Assembly (NCBI GenBank): GCA_964016885.1
Contig: OZ024740.1
Location: forward strand, 259,098,001-259,162,000
DNA length: 64,000 nt
Source: Eledone cirrhosa
Lineage: Eukaryota
Direction of reading: 5' to 3'
This document shows, one piece after another, positions 28,689 to 42,364 of this stretch. The stretch's first letter is position 1. Each line of letters begins with the position of its first letter. The notes beneath the pieces were generated by a model, which did not search any database, was not told the DNA's origin, and was given only the letters and a program-made list of their open reading frames with translations. The translations under genes were made by a program, and so were the position numbers.

Positions 28689-28717
<29 letters not shown>

Positions 28718-28718
<1 letters not shown>

Positions 28719-28916
28719 CGAAGGAAATATGGTAAGGAACCAGGTGGACCATAACGCACCAAAGTACTCAATACTTAGGGTAGTAGAGTGGGTAATAGGA
28801 ACGAGTAGGACCCCGACGGCTGAGCTCAAGCCGTTTCGACGGCTAATTCTGGACGCATTCAGTCCAGAATTAGCCGTCGAAACGGCTTGAGCTCAGCCGT
28901 CGGGGTCCTACTCGTT

Positions 28917-28920
<4 letters not shown>
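28718..28920 (-). mobile_element. Fold-back element, family I
   Basis: Near-perfect palindrome 28796-28920; contains GAAA-cggcttgagctcagccg-TC (hammerhead 3' half) on both arms. Confidence 0.85.
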
Positions 28921-28956
<36 letters not shown>

Positions 28957-29322
28957 AGTTTAAAACTAGTTTGACCATTACTCAACAGAGAACTCGTTAC
29001 TTGGGATATTAGAGTATGGCTGTATTATAATGAGTCGGGACCCGGTGACTGAGCTCTTGCCGTTTTAATGGCTAGTTCCAGTGTGTGGGGGGGTGTAGAT
29101 CCCGAGTAAAATCAGGAGGTAACCATAGTCAAAAGGGGTACTTAGTTCATTAGCAGAGTATAAACATCATGTGCCAATAGTAGAAACAATTATTAAATAT
29201 AGAAATGGCTTTTACTCATACAGGAGTAGAACTGTTTCATTCGTATGAAATCACCGCGAATGCCCCTGGTGATTTCACACGAATGAGATAGTTCTAGTCT
29301 TGTAGAAGCCATTTCTACGATA

Positions 29323-29510
29323 AATAATTGTTTCTACTTTTTGGCACAAGGCCAGCAATTATCCCAGTACATTACTGGTACTTTATTTTATCGACCCCGT
29401 AAGGATGAAAGGCAAAGTTAACCTCGGCGGGAATTGAACTCAGACCGTAAAGAGACGTAACTATGCTGGAAAGCATAATCCAACCCTCTACCGATACTGC
29501 CAATTCACTA
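29323..29510 (-). mobile_element. tRNA-derived SINE
   Basis: Reverse complement of the 6003-6193 family. Confidence 0.88.
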
Positions 29511-29513
29511 ATG

Positions 29514-29678
<165 letters not shown>

Positions 29679-31568
29679 CGTGCGTGTATGCACACGCCGA
29701 CATACACTCCCATGAATACCACTCAGTCACACAAAAATCGCATTAGTTACAACAAATACAATTGCATCAACTCTATTAACAGCAACTACTATAACAACAA
29801 TATTAATGATAGCAACAACACAATTACTATAACAATGAGAGAATAACTATAACAATGAGAGAGCAGCAGTGATGACTTTATTTAACAAGGTCAACAAAAA
29901 CCCTCTTACTCTCCACTTAATCTACTTAATCGTAAAGTACTGTGTGTTGATACCAGTTCTATCTAGTTAAGGGGTGCTGACCTCTGTTGGGGGTCAGTGA
30001 CATTTTCAGTGTCAGTTGAACCATTCAATATCTTTGTGAAACAAGTTCATTATTTTTTTTTTTTTTTTTTACCGCTTCGGCCACAAACCCCAGTTCCACT
30101 GCCCGCAATGTATTCATGTTCAGCTGAGTATACTGTAGCAACATACAATGAAGTTTTCTCAAGAACACAGCGCACAACCCAGTCTAAGAATCGAACCCAC
30201 AACATTATGATCGACACCGTTTGGCTCAGAAACGAGTCACTATATAAATTTAGCCAATTTGACGTGGAATATTCGACATCTATAAACAAATCTTTCATGC
30301 AAATAGAATTAGATTTCACCAAAAATTATATCGTAATAGTCTCCAAATTATCTAATATGTCCTTATCAAGTTATTTTACTTTACAAAAATGTTTATACAA
30401 AAACAAAACACTATTAAAAGGAACAAAAAATGAAGTGAAAGGAAGAAATAGAAAAAAAGAATTAAGCTACAAAATCAAGGAAGAGGGGTAGAGACAGATA
30501 CTACACCCCAGTCTGAGTGGTGCCTCAGCCGCGCCCCACGGACAAAATGGCAAACGCATTTCTACGGAGAATGGCCAGAGACACCCGCTACAACAGCCAC
30601 TCCACTCCCGGGCTCCTTCCTCAAGCGGGCCGGAGTAAATCAGCAGTGCGGGGACTAAGCACACCAGAGGTCTCGACGGAGATCGATACAAAGAGGAAGC
30701 GGTCGGTCAAGCCTCGGTATTTAGCTAGCTTCGCTTCCTATGTAGTAATGCGGGGGACCAGAGACACCAGAAGTCTCGACAGTGTCCGATACAAAGAGAA
30801 ATCAGTCAGCCAGGACCCATTATTTAACTATCTTCCCTTCTGCATTGCGAGCAGTCAAACCGGGGTTTGAGACCGAAGCGATAAAAAAATAATAATTATA
30901 ATAATATATATATATGGACGTGGACGCACAAAGTTGCGTATCCCTTGACCCCAAAGAGTATTTGGAAGGGAGCAAACCTTACAAATTGAAACATGTAACA
31001 TCACAACCCTAACTAGTGGAGAAGGCTAGATGCTACCAGCTAGATATAGTCGATGTTTCTTCAACAAAGTTCCGTGGATAGATGATGGAAACTCCACTAT
31101 TCAGTTGTGGCGCCTGAAGTGACAGTCCTCGTCTGTCACAATGAGAATATATGTATATATGAAATTTAAATTTACAGCTGACACCTATGCAGGTTTCTCT
31201 GTCCTCCTGCATTTTATAGGAGGTTTCTTGGATGTTTTAATGATGGGCACCACAAAGCTATGAAAAAGCGGTATGAAATGAAGCATCAGGCTCACAAACA
31301 CAACGCATCATCCGGTTCACGAATCGAAATTACGAAGTTATGATTTTTAGTCCGATACCCTAACTACTAGGCCATTTGTGTATGCATGTGTGGGGTTCAT
31401 TAATCTATATTATACTTCAGTAACAAAATTAAAAGTAAGACAAAAATGAAGACAGGGAAATGGTACGGAGATAAACTTTTCACACTTGATTGGACATAAT
31501 ATCCCACTCTCCGTAGAAAAACACCCAACGACACCCTCTGCATCAGCCATTAAATATATTATATTAAT

Positions 31569-31790
31569 ATAATGGTTTCTGATATAGGCACAAGGTCAAC
31601 AATTTGGGGCGTGGGGAGAAAGTCGATCAAATCGACCTAGTGTGTCACTGGTACTTTATTTTATCGACCCCATAAGGATGAAAGGCAAAGCTAACCTCAG
31701 CGGGATTTGAAATCAGAACACGAAGGGACGTAACTCTATGCCACGAAGCATGGTGTCCGACGTTCTACTGATACTGCCAATCCACCGCCG
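31569..31790 (-). mobile_element. tRNA-derived SINE
   Basis: Reverse complement of the SINE family. Confidence 0.88.
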
Positions 31791-32169
31791 TACCATAGAT
31801 AAATAATAAGGACGTTATTTATATTACTAAACCCCTCCAAATTCTTGATTATTTTTCAAAATGAATTGGAAATCGGAGGCAATGTCTTTCGTTGGAAATA
31901 TTGTAATAAAAGGGTTAACTTTAAAGTCCCGCCTGAACCTAGGTTAAAGCAAGACTAACCTCAAAAGATGTTAAGATGGATGACATATGGAGGAGAGATG
32001 GAGAGCAAGTAAAGGCGGAGAGGAACTTCTCAAGTTTACACTCTCGTCTTTCATGTTGAGTTCAAGCTGTGAAGCTCCACTTGACAACTACCGCCCCCTG
32101 CTGTCTAATACAATGTTACCTTACAGTCAGTTGATGTCTCACGGCATGTGGCATACGTGTGGTGGGCGA

Positions 32170-33560
32170 GGAGGGAGGCGTTTGTGGGTGGTTGTAGTTG
32201 TGGTGGTGATGGTGATGGTGATGGTGATTTTGGTGGTTGTGAGCGTTGGTGTGTCGTGTACAATGCTGGTAGTGAGGGTGGTAATCGTGGTGGTGGTGGT
32301 GGTTGGTGTGATGGTGTTGGTGACTGTGGTTGTGGGGGTGTAAGGGGTTGTGGTGGTGGTGGTGGCGTATGGGGTTGTGGTGGTGGGTGGTGATAGGGGT
32401 GGTGGTGGATGGTGGATGTGGGTGTGGGGGAGGGGGGTAGTGGTGTTATTGTTGGTGGTGGTGTGATGGTGGTGGTGTAAGGTTTGTGGTGATGGTGTTG
32501 GCGATGGTGGTGATGATGATGATGAATGGTGGTACATAATGATAGTAATTATGTGGTTCTGTGACACGTGGCTGTGGTGGCGTTCATCTTGGGAAAAAAC
32601 ATCGGATGAGTATGTAAATTAAGAGAGCAGTAGTTTGGGGTAATGTAAGTGGTGGTGGTGGTGGTTGTGGCGTTGGTGGTGGTGGTGGTGGTGGGCGTCG
32701 TCGTCTTGATGGTGGTGGTGGTGGTGGAAGTGGTGGTGGTTGTGGCGTTGGTGGTGGTGGTGGTGGTGGTGGTCGTCGTCGTCGTCATCGTCATCGTCGT
32801 GATGGTGGTGGTCGTGGCGTTAGTGGCGGTGGTGGTGATGGTGGTGGTGGTGGTGGTGGTGGTGGTGGTGATGGTGGTGGTGGTGGTGGTGGTGGTGGTG
32901 ATTGTGGTGATGGTGGTGGTCGTCGTCGTCGTCGTCATCGTCGTGATGGTGGTTGTGGTGGTGGTGGTTGTGGCGTTGGTGGCGGTGGTGGTGGTGGTGT
33001 TGGTGGTCGTCGTCGTCGTCATCGTGATGGTGGTGGTCGTGGCGTTAGTGGTGGTGGTGGTGATGGTGGTGGTGGTGATGGTGGTGATGGTGGTCGTGGC
33101 GATGGCGTTGGTGGTGGTGATGGTGGTCGTGGTGGTTGTGGCGTTGTTGTTGTTGTTGGTGGTGGTGGTGGTGGTGGTGGTGGTGGAGGTGCTGCTACTG
33201 TTGCAGAGGTTAGTGGCGGGGATGGTTGTAATGTTGGTGGTGGTTGTGGTGGTGGTTGTGGAGGTGGAGGTGAGTGGCGTATGGTGTTGCTAATTATATT
33301 GAAGGTAGTGGTGCTGGTGTAGATATGCGTTGATGTTGGTGGTGGTGGTGGTGGTAGCGGTACTACCTGTGATGATGGTGGTGGTGATGATGGCGGCGGC
33401 GACCGTGGCAGTAGTCGGGGTGACGTAGGTGATGATGCAGGTCAGTATTCGTGGCGTTGGTAGGCATGGTGGTGGAGGCGTTGCTGGAGGTGGGCGTGAC
33501 ATTGGTGGTGGGGGACGTGTTGGGCGTTGTGGTACTGGTGGTGGTGGAATTGAACTAAAG
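32170..33560. repeat. Degenerate (GGT)n/(GAT)n/(CGT)n low-complexity tract
   Basis: Trinucleotide repeats; the poly-Val and poly-Thr ORFs are artefacts of the repeat. Confidence 0.95.
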
Positions 33561-33859
33561 GTTGGGTGTGTCATTTCATTTTATCGTCGGACATTGGGAG
33601 ATGGCGGTCGTTGCTCCCACTTCTAACTACCAAATCATGTTTCAACGACGTCCAATGTAAAGTTAACATCTAATTGATGTGAAAGGCGAGCTTTAAACAT
33701 TGGGCCACACACTTTACTTATATACTGGTGTGTGGTGTGACAGTGTATATATATATATATATATATGTATATATGCAGCAGTGGTTCAGTGTGTATATAC
33801 ATATATATTCAAAGAGAGAGAGAGAGAGACGTATATATATAGAGAGAGATAGATAGATA

Positions 33860-34362
33860 TGTTTCTTTATTAGCCACAGGGGCACAAAAGAAAGGGACAA
33901 ATACAAAGGGGGGAAGTTTACATACAATAAAAACGTGTAAAATGTTATCACAAATGCAATTTAAAAAGTTAGTCGATTTTCCCCAATAGGGGAGACAGTT
34001 CATATGGGTAACACATACCCCCGAAAAAATGTGCAACCCTCAACTCCAGGAGTACGAAGAGATAGATAGATAACTTTCTTTTTATTTGCCACCAGGGCAT
34101 CAAAAGTGGGACAAGTACAATGGGGGGAGTTTACATAACAAGGCGTCCTCAATATGGAGGAGGCAATAACAAAGTATAAAAATAAAATACAATATAACAA
34201 AATAAATTTTATAACACGAAGAGATAGATAGATAGATATATTTCTTTATTAGCCACAGGGGCACAAAAGAAGGGGACAAATACAAAGGGGGAAGTTTACA
34301 TACAATAAAAACGTGTAAAATGTTATCACAGATGGAATTTAAAAGTTAGATAGATAGATAGA
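33860..34362 (-). mobile_element. Three stacked 3' ends of a non-LTR element with (TATC)n tails
   Basis: Minus strand ...tttgtgcccctgtggctAATAAAgaaa(tatc)n at ~33860, 34072 and 34241, each next to GATA repeats; a fourth copy at ~55453-55660 follows a long (GATA)n. Confidence 0.75.
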
Positions 34363-34614
34363 GCGTTACAGAGACACAGATAGTTATAGATATAGATATT
34401 TACAGGGAGAGAAGAAGAGAAAGAGATGTCTATGCGTGTGTGTGTGTATGTGTTTCAGCGGGCGTGGGGCCACGTCCGTCTGTATGTGTGTGTAGATATG
34501 AATGAATGTGTATATGCATATGTATACATATGTATTTAACAATGTTAATGTTGAATTAAGAGCATAGCAAACACCAGGTGTTCTCAGATCGATAATATTT
34601 TGTTTCTCTCTCTC

Positions 34615-34699
<85 letters not shown>

Positions 34700-34940
34700 T
34701 ACCTGTTGTACTACAGATAAATATTGATATCAATGATCAGTGATCAGTGTCTATAATTCTTTTATTCTTAACTCATGGGTCAACTGCCATGCTGGGGCAC
34801 CGCATTACTTGTATTTATTCAAGTCACCTTACGAGACATAAACAGATACACACACATACATTCATACACATGAACACACAAACACACACATACATATATA
34901 CACACAAACACACGCACAGGCACACTCACACACACGCATA

Positions 34941-37900
34941 CATGATGATGGCCGCCAACTCGTGTTCGCGCATTGCCATCGCCTGATAAAATGCTAAAAA
35001 TTGAGAGGCACGATTGTGGCTCTTTAAACCAGCCAAAGACTTTCACCCTCTGGCACACACATGTCAACCGTAGGCTCCTCTGGGACTTTCCACTGCTTGG
35101 TTCTGACTGTGTGTTCTCGTGTGTCTTTTAAGTCCGCCCATGCTAGCACATTCCTAGCCACATTCCTTACAACTTTTCAGATCATAATCTACATGAGGTC
35201 TACTGATATGACTACTGATATGTCCATGCCTAATCAAACCAGCTTTGCTCAGACAGACTCAACCACAGTGTTGTGTTGACAAACCAGATGTGGCTCAACA
35301 GCAGGCAGTTCAGAACAGTCCCTTTTCCTTACCTTTCTGTTCAGTGTTAGGTGTTCTCTTCAACGAGTTTCAAAGTGTTCGCTTCCTGACTTGATCAAAC
35401 GTCTCCACTTCACCCACTTCTCAGCCATTTTCTCCCACTCGTCAGATGAAATTCCAGCGCAAGCCAAGGTGCTCCTGATACAGTCCCGGTACCGCGTTTT
35501 TGGTTTGTGTGGTGGTCGCCTTCCTTCGCACAATTTACAGTAGTAAAGTTGCTTTGGAATACGATCATCAGACATCCGGACCACATGACCGCACCACCTC
35601 AACCGATGCCGAAAGATCAGGCTCTCTATACTCATGCATCTACTCCATCCAAGAACTTCCAAATCACTGACAAACATTTTCCATCACACCCCAAGTATCT
35701 TACGAAGAGATTGTCGGTGAAACCTCTCCAGTTCCTTGAGGTGCTTTCTGTATGTGACCCACGTTTCACAAGCATAAAGCAAAGAGGAGACGACCCACAA
35801 GTCAGATACAGTTTTACTTTGGTTTCAATAGTGATACCTCGTCTGGCCCATAAAATTTCATTCAGCCGTCGAAAAGCATCACTGGCTTTCTTGATTTTTA
35901 AGGATATCATGAAGTGTGCATGAATTATTCAACGTACTTCCAAGGTAAACAAACTTGTCAGAAACATTTAATCTCTTTCCGTACACGTACACACTTGGTG
36001 GTAGTGTATTCTTTCCCATGTGCTGGATGATACATCACAACAGTCTTTTCCAAGTTTATTGTGAGGCCCAAAGCGCTGCAAGCTTCAGAGAAAGAGTTCA
36101 TAATATGCTGCATGTCACTTTGTGAGTGTGTAAAAAGATCGTAGTCATCTGCATACAAAAACTCTCGTATATGCACCAAAGCGCCTGATGTTGAACAACC
36201 CTCCTGATGTAAACTCCATGCGAACAATTTTTCGTGACCCAAGCCTTCATGTCATCATGAAAAAGACCCAGAATTTTCACAAACTTTGGAGGGCTACCAA
36301 GCTTTTCCAAAATTTTCCACGACGTAGTTCGATTGACGGTCAAAGGCTTTGTCAAGTCAACAAAGACCTGGTAAAAGTCCATATGTAGTTCGATACACTT
36401 TTCTTGCAGCTGCCGAGCAGAAAAGATCATATCTACTGTTCCTCTTTCGTTTCTGAACTCACACTGCCACTCAGGCAACACATTCAGATCAGCCTTTGAG
36501 ATCGATCTATCCATCAAAATTCGACACATCACTTTACCAACTACTGAAAGAAGTGATATGCCACGATAATTGCCACATTTGACTTTCCCACCCTTTCCTT
36601 TATGGAGAATCACCATGAGCGCATCCTTCCAATCTTGTGGGACACCCTCATCTTCCTACACCTTTTTCATGGGGTTAGTCAGGCGCTGCGTGAAGTTTTC
36701 ACCACTGCACTTCAAAACCTCTGCACTCAAACCATCCATACCAGGAGACTTACCACAGTCCCACTTATGCACAGCAGAAGTCACTTCTGCAAGAGAAGGT
36801 ACATCAGCCATTTCATGCTTCACTGGTTCAATAAGAATGGAGCAAATGAAATCATCATCAACCTGGGATGGCTCGTTCAAGAGCTCATCAAAGTGATCTC
36901 TCCATCTGTTCAGTATGTCTTTTGGATCAAAGGGCCATACACTTATCTGAGTAGAGTGTGCAGCAGTTTCACATTGTTGCCATCTGAGGTTGCTTGAACT
37001 TCATCTGCTTTGTTGCTCCACCAGGTATTTTGCATGACCTTGAGTTTCACCTGCACCTCCTTCTTTATCTGTCTATAATGTTCATAATTGTCAACAACAG
37101 AGCTACCACCTTTAAGAATTACATCGAGTGGTTTGTGTTTACTGTCCAGCAGAGCCTTGACCTCCTAGTCATTCTCATCAAACCAGTCCTTCTGTTTTCT
37201 TGTGACAAAGCCAAGAACCTCTGCTGAACCATCATAGACCGAGTTCCTGAAGTCATTCCAGTTATTCTCACAATCAATGTTTTCAAGCCTGCGATGCAGC
37301 TCTTCTTTGACACCCTTATCTTTCATACGATCTATATTCAAGCGCTTTGGAATATGGACACCATTTGCTCTTGTTTGAGGTTTGATCACGAAGTTTTCTT
37401 TGGCTCGCACCAGAGGATTGTCTGTCATGCACTCTGCGCTACGCAGATCACACGTGTTTGATATCCAGCATGTCACGTTTCTTCACAAGAACTTAGACGA
37501 TCAGATGCCACACTTTGAACCCAGGATGCATCCATGTTGTCTTGAACTTATCCTTTTGCTGGAACATCGTGCTTGCAATAAACAAATCTAACTCCACGCA
37601 CATCTGTAGCAAGAGGAGACCATTGTTGTTACATTTCCCTATGCCATGTCTGCCGATCACAATTTTATCTGCTGAAGGAATCTTTTTGACAAGTTCATGT
37701 AAAAGGCGAGTTTCTCGTCTTTATTGGAGTTCATCGTTGGGGCATATACACTGACATTGGTAAGGTAGCGATTGTACATCAGAGGAATTCTCATTGACAT
37801 AAGGCGATCACTGATGCCACTTGGTAACTGGTCAAGTGTCAATACTAAAGACGTTTTCACTGCAAAAGCCACACCTGCCTCCCTTTTGCATCCTGCTGTT

Positions 37901-38324
37901 CTGCCACTCCAGTAAAACGTGTAGCCACTGGACATCTCAGTGATATGACCTTCTTCGAGTAGCCTTGTTTCAAATAAGGCAACAATATCCATATTTTATC
38001 GTCCCAGCTCTTTGGCAATAAGAGCTGATCTTCTTTCTGGTTGTGATTCTGAAGACACCAAATCTAATAAGGTCCGGATGTTCCAGCAACCAATATTCAT
38101 AGGTTTCAACTTATTCTTCGTATTGACAGGATGCCGACCAGGCCCATGCAGCGGTGCCAAAGGGCACCTGCCGGACCAGACCCTTTCACCATCAATTCCA
38201 GAGCCCCCATTGTTATTAATTCGTACATTATCATGGTTCACCATTGAATATTTTTGCCATTTTTGGCTACGACCAGCCACAATGCAACAAATAATTTGTT
38301 TAAATCGATCAGGTGACGTCTGTG

Positions 38325-38327
<3 letters not shown>
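34941..38327 (-). mobile_element. RTE-clade LINE, near full-length, decayed (APE endonuclease + RT)
   Basis: MNIGCWNIRTLLD..ERRSALIAKELGR, DIVALFETRL, SVYAPT, GKSPGMDG, CGNYRGISLLSVVGK, RGTVDMIF..RQLQEK, FVDLTK, EFLYADD, RLRWCGHVVRMSDDRIPKQL; (CAT)n-type tail at ~34941; many stops and frameshifts. Confidence 0.93.
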
Positions 38328-38377
<50 letters not shown>

Positions 38378-38451
38378 TATTGAAGTTTCCGTTGAAAATT
38401 GGAAAAGTCATAGGAGTGAAGAGTGCTCTATGTAAGTACCAGAGCAAAATT

Positions 38452-38740
<289 letters not shown>

Positions 38741-38889
38741 ATAGTAGTAATTTGAATTCGTGCAACTTGAAATCGGGGATTGTGTCAACATACAGTGGTT
38801 TTTGACTCAACATATGAATCGCTTTTCATAGTAGTTCCGTGGTGATCAACCGTAGTTACAATGAAGGTGATTCTCGAAGTATTTATATA

Positions 38890-39162
38890 GAAATTAATAA
38901 ATCACTTGATTACACCAATTTCACAATTGATGGATTAATATTTATTATGTACTTCACATGTGTTTCGTTAATATGCAAGTGAGTACACCTAGAACCGCTA
39001 AACCAATGTAGAAGCAGGATATGGGAATTCGAATTCTACGAAACTATACATTGGATTAACGGTTCTAGGTGTGCTCACTTGCATATTAACGAAACACGTG
39101 TCAGTTACATAATAAATATTAATCAATCAATTACGAAATTGGTATGTTCATGTGATTTATTA

Positions 39163-39168
<6 letters not shown>
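38890..39168. repeat. Diverged inverted repeat with a hammerhead 3' half (GAAA-cacgtg-TC)
   Basis: Arms ~38890-39010 and 39047-39168; palindromic stem III ACACGTGT at ~39094; no CTGANGA found. Confidence 0.7.
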
Positions 39169-39224
<56 letters not shown>

Positions 39225-39233
39225 GTCTCTCTC

Positions 39234-39282
<49 letters not shown>

Positions 39283-39677
39283 CTTTCTCTCTCTTTCTCT
39301 CTCTCTCTCCATGTGCGCTATTTTATGTATTTTATATATAGCCTACTTAGATGTGTCTAGGATACTAATTCATCACCCACTGGTGAGCTTGGATTGGTAT
39401 TTCTATTCACAATTAACTTTGCGAAACAACAACAAGTTGTCTGGGTGATTGGTAGTTACCACAATTCCGGTTTGTATTCGTTTTTCTTTTTTATATTCTA
39501 TTATAATATACGACTCAGAAATATCTCTTTCTTAGACCTATTTTATTGTAAGAGACTATTTTGAGTTCCTAACTCAATATATACCTTTGATATATATACA
39601 TATATGTATGTGTGCATGAGTATACTTTCACCTCCCTCAAATTGTTGGCCTTGTGTCTAAATCAGAAGCCATTATCA

Positions 39678-40153
39678 GTTGGTGAATTGGCAGTATCGGT
39701 AGAAGGTCGGACGCCATGCTTTGACACATAGAGTTACGGTCTGTGTTCAAACACCGCCGAGGTTAACTTTGCCTTTCATCCTTACGGGGTCGATAAACTA
39801 AAGTACCAGTAATGTACTGGAATAATTGCTGGCCTTGTGCCAAAAGTAGAAACAATTATAAGTTGAGTGCCTAATGGTGACAGATTGGCAGTATCAATAG
39901 AGAGTCAGAAATAAAGAACCAGTAACGCACTAGTGTGATTTAATCGACTTCACCCTCCCCTAAAATTGTTGGTCTTGTGCTTAAATCAGAAACCATTATT
40001 ACTTGAGGGTGGTGGAGTTACGTCCCTTTATGGTCTGAGTTCAAATCCCGCCGAGGTTAACTTTGCTTTTCATCCTTACGGGGTCGATGAAATATAGTAC
40101 CAGTAATACACTGGCTAATTGCTGGCCTTGTGCCAAAAGTAGAAACAATTATT
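39678..40153 (+). mobile_element. Cluster of tRNA-SINE copies and fragments
   Basis: Copies at ~39678-39859 and ~40007-40153, with an internally deleted copy between them. Confidence 0.85.
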
Positions 40154-40685
40154 ACTTGAGGGAATAATATCTTTCCGTCAGTTTGGAAACCAGATGGTTA
40201 ATTAATTGTCAAATTCCATTGTCGACCTCTTTCGTCACACATACTATGACCTGTTCAGTGACTATCCTTATTTCACGGTGTCGCCTCTTTGTTTTGACTT
40301 TCTTCTATATAATTCAGCTTGTCCGAAGAGAAAGACAAGTAAGATAAACCACCGTATATCATTTGTGCATTTCTGCTGGACAATTATATGGGGGACATGT
40401 ACGTATAAATATACATACAAACACACACATACATACATCCATACATCCATCCATCCAAACATGCATACATACATGCATACATACATACATATATAAATAG
40501 ATTCATAAATATGTGTGTATCTGCGTGTGTGTATATATGTATATATACATATATACGAGTATATATACATACCTGCATATATATATATGTATGAATAAAT
40601 CAGAATGGATGCTGTAAAAACCAGCTAGATCATTACTCACCAGAGTACTGGATACTTGGGGTAGTAGAGTGAGTAATATGTATGA

Positions 40686-40749
<64 letters not shown>

Positions 40750-41216
40750 AAATACAAGTATTTCTGCTCCTAACAGTAAAGTTTTAGTAGCTGATGATTG
40801 AGTGTTTTATCTTATGGTTCCTGCCATTTCCATTTTCACTCATGATACAGCTATTTAGAATGCCTAAATCTGGGGAATTTACCATTCTTAAGTAAATATT
40901 TTTCTTCGCTATCCGATTTGAAAATAATAGAGATGTTACCATCTATCTAAGCTCTCTGCCTTGCGATCCGACTTTTCTTTCGCAATGCATCTATCTATAT
41001 ATATATATATATCAATGATATTAATAAATGGAAAGTATATTTATAAAACCATATTTATTCTATTATGTATATTTCAAGGGTACCAAAATTTGGTACGCTT
41101 TCATCAGATAAAATACAAAGTTTGATTTATAAGTATTGACATATCCAGGAATGAAACCTTAACGGTTCAAGTTTTACCTAAATATCCCTTTGCTTATATA
41201 TTTATATACATATATA

Positions 41217-41300
<84 letters not shown>

Positions 41301-41304
<4 letters not shown>

Positions 41305-42345
41305 GAAGAGAGAAGAAACATTTAGATATAATTAGTAATAAAATGTATCATACCTAAACTGCTCCTAGATTCCTCGACTACGCAGTTTCGTGGCATAAAC
41401 AAAAACAATACATCATAAAGATATAGTCCCTGCGAGGTCTGCCGACTTATCAAGAGGATACCTCATTTTACTAGTCTCAAGAACGCGTCTACACGACGTG
41501 AGAAAGAATCCCAAAAGGCGGAGGGGGAGATAGTCACGCGATATAACGGTCGAGAATATCTAAATGTTTCTTCTCTCTTCATAATGTAGTTTTAACTCTG
41601 ATACTGGTTCAGTCTAGTTCAACCGGATTGGTCTGTCCCAGTCATTCATTGAGCAACATCGGTGAGGCTGGCACCCTTAACTCACGGTTGGGTGTGGATG
41701 CATTCATGTATATGTGTGTGTCCGCATGTATCTGTGTGTTTCTAAATATATTGTTAATAACTCCCTCTGGTTGAGTAATCTTTGAAGTGTGGTGACTGCT
41801 GGAAAGCTGCCATTACTCATACTCCTCGCCTCCTTCACCACCTCTTCTACGGCTTCGATATAAATACCCCTTCCGCCTCTGTGGTATTTTCTTCGGGGTT
41901 ATAAGAGGCTTAGCTCTGTTTCTCGACCGTTATATCGCGTGACTATCTCCCCCTCCGCCTTTTGGGATTCTTTCTCACGTCGTGTAGACGCGTTCTTGAG
42001 ACTAGTAAAATGAGGTATCCTCTTGATAAGTCGGCAGACCTCGCAGGGACTCTATATCTTTATGATGTATTGTTTTTGTTTATGCCACGAAACTGCGTAG
42101 TCGAGGAATCTAGGAGCAGTTTAGGTATGATACATTTTATTACTAATTATATCTAAATGTTTCTTCTCTCTTCATAATGTAGTTTTAACTCTGATACTGG
42201 TTCAGTCTAGTTCAACCGGATTGGTCTGTCCCAGTCATTCATTGAGCAACATCGGTGAGGCTGGCACCCTTAACTCACGGTTGGGTGTGGATGCATTCAT
42301 GTATATGTGTGTGTCCGCATGTATCTGTGTGTTTCTAAATATATT
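41301..42345 (+). mobile_element. Retrozyme/mini-PLE, family M: 593-bp monomer, ~195-bp direct repeat and 255-bp inverted 5' segment
   Basis: 41557-41752 repeats at 42150-42345; 41301-41556 is the reverse complement of ~41920-42177; (TA)n on both flanks. Confidence 0.88.
42018..42107 (+). ncRNA. Hammerhead ribozyme with U3-A8 variant core
   Basis: Stem I tcctc/gagga; TTGATAA 42023; extended stem II gt(c)ggca.../...tgccac; GAAA 42089; stem III ACTGCGTAGT (self-complementary with G-U); GUC site at 42102. Confidence 0.78.
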
Positions 42346-42364
42346 ATATATATATATATATATT

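Noticed and set aside
32139-33626. Mucin-like poly-Thr or poly-Val ORFs
   Set aside because: Products of a (GGT)n tract; no supportable splice sites or unique domain.
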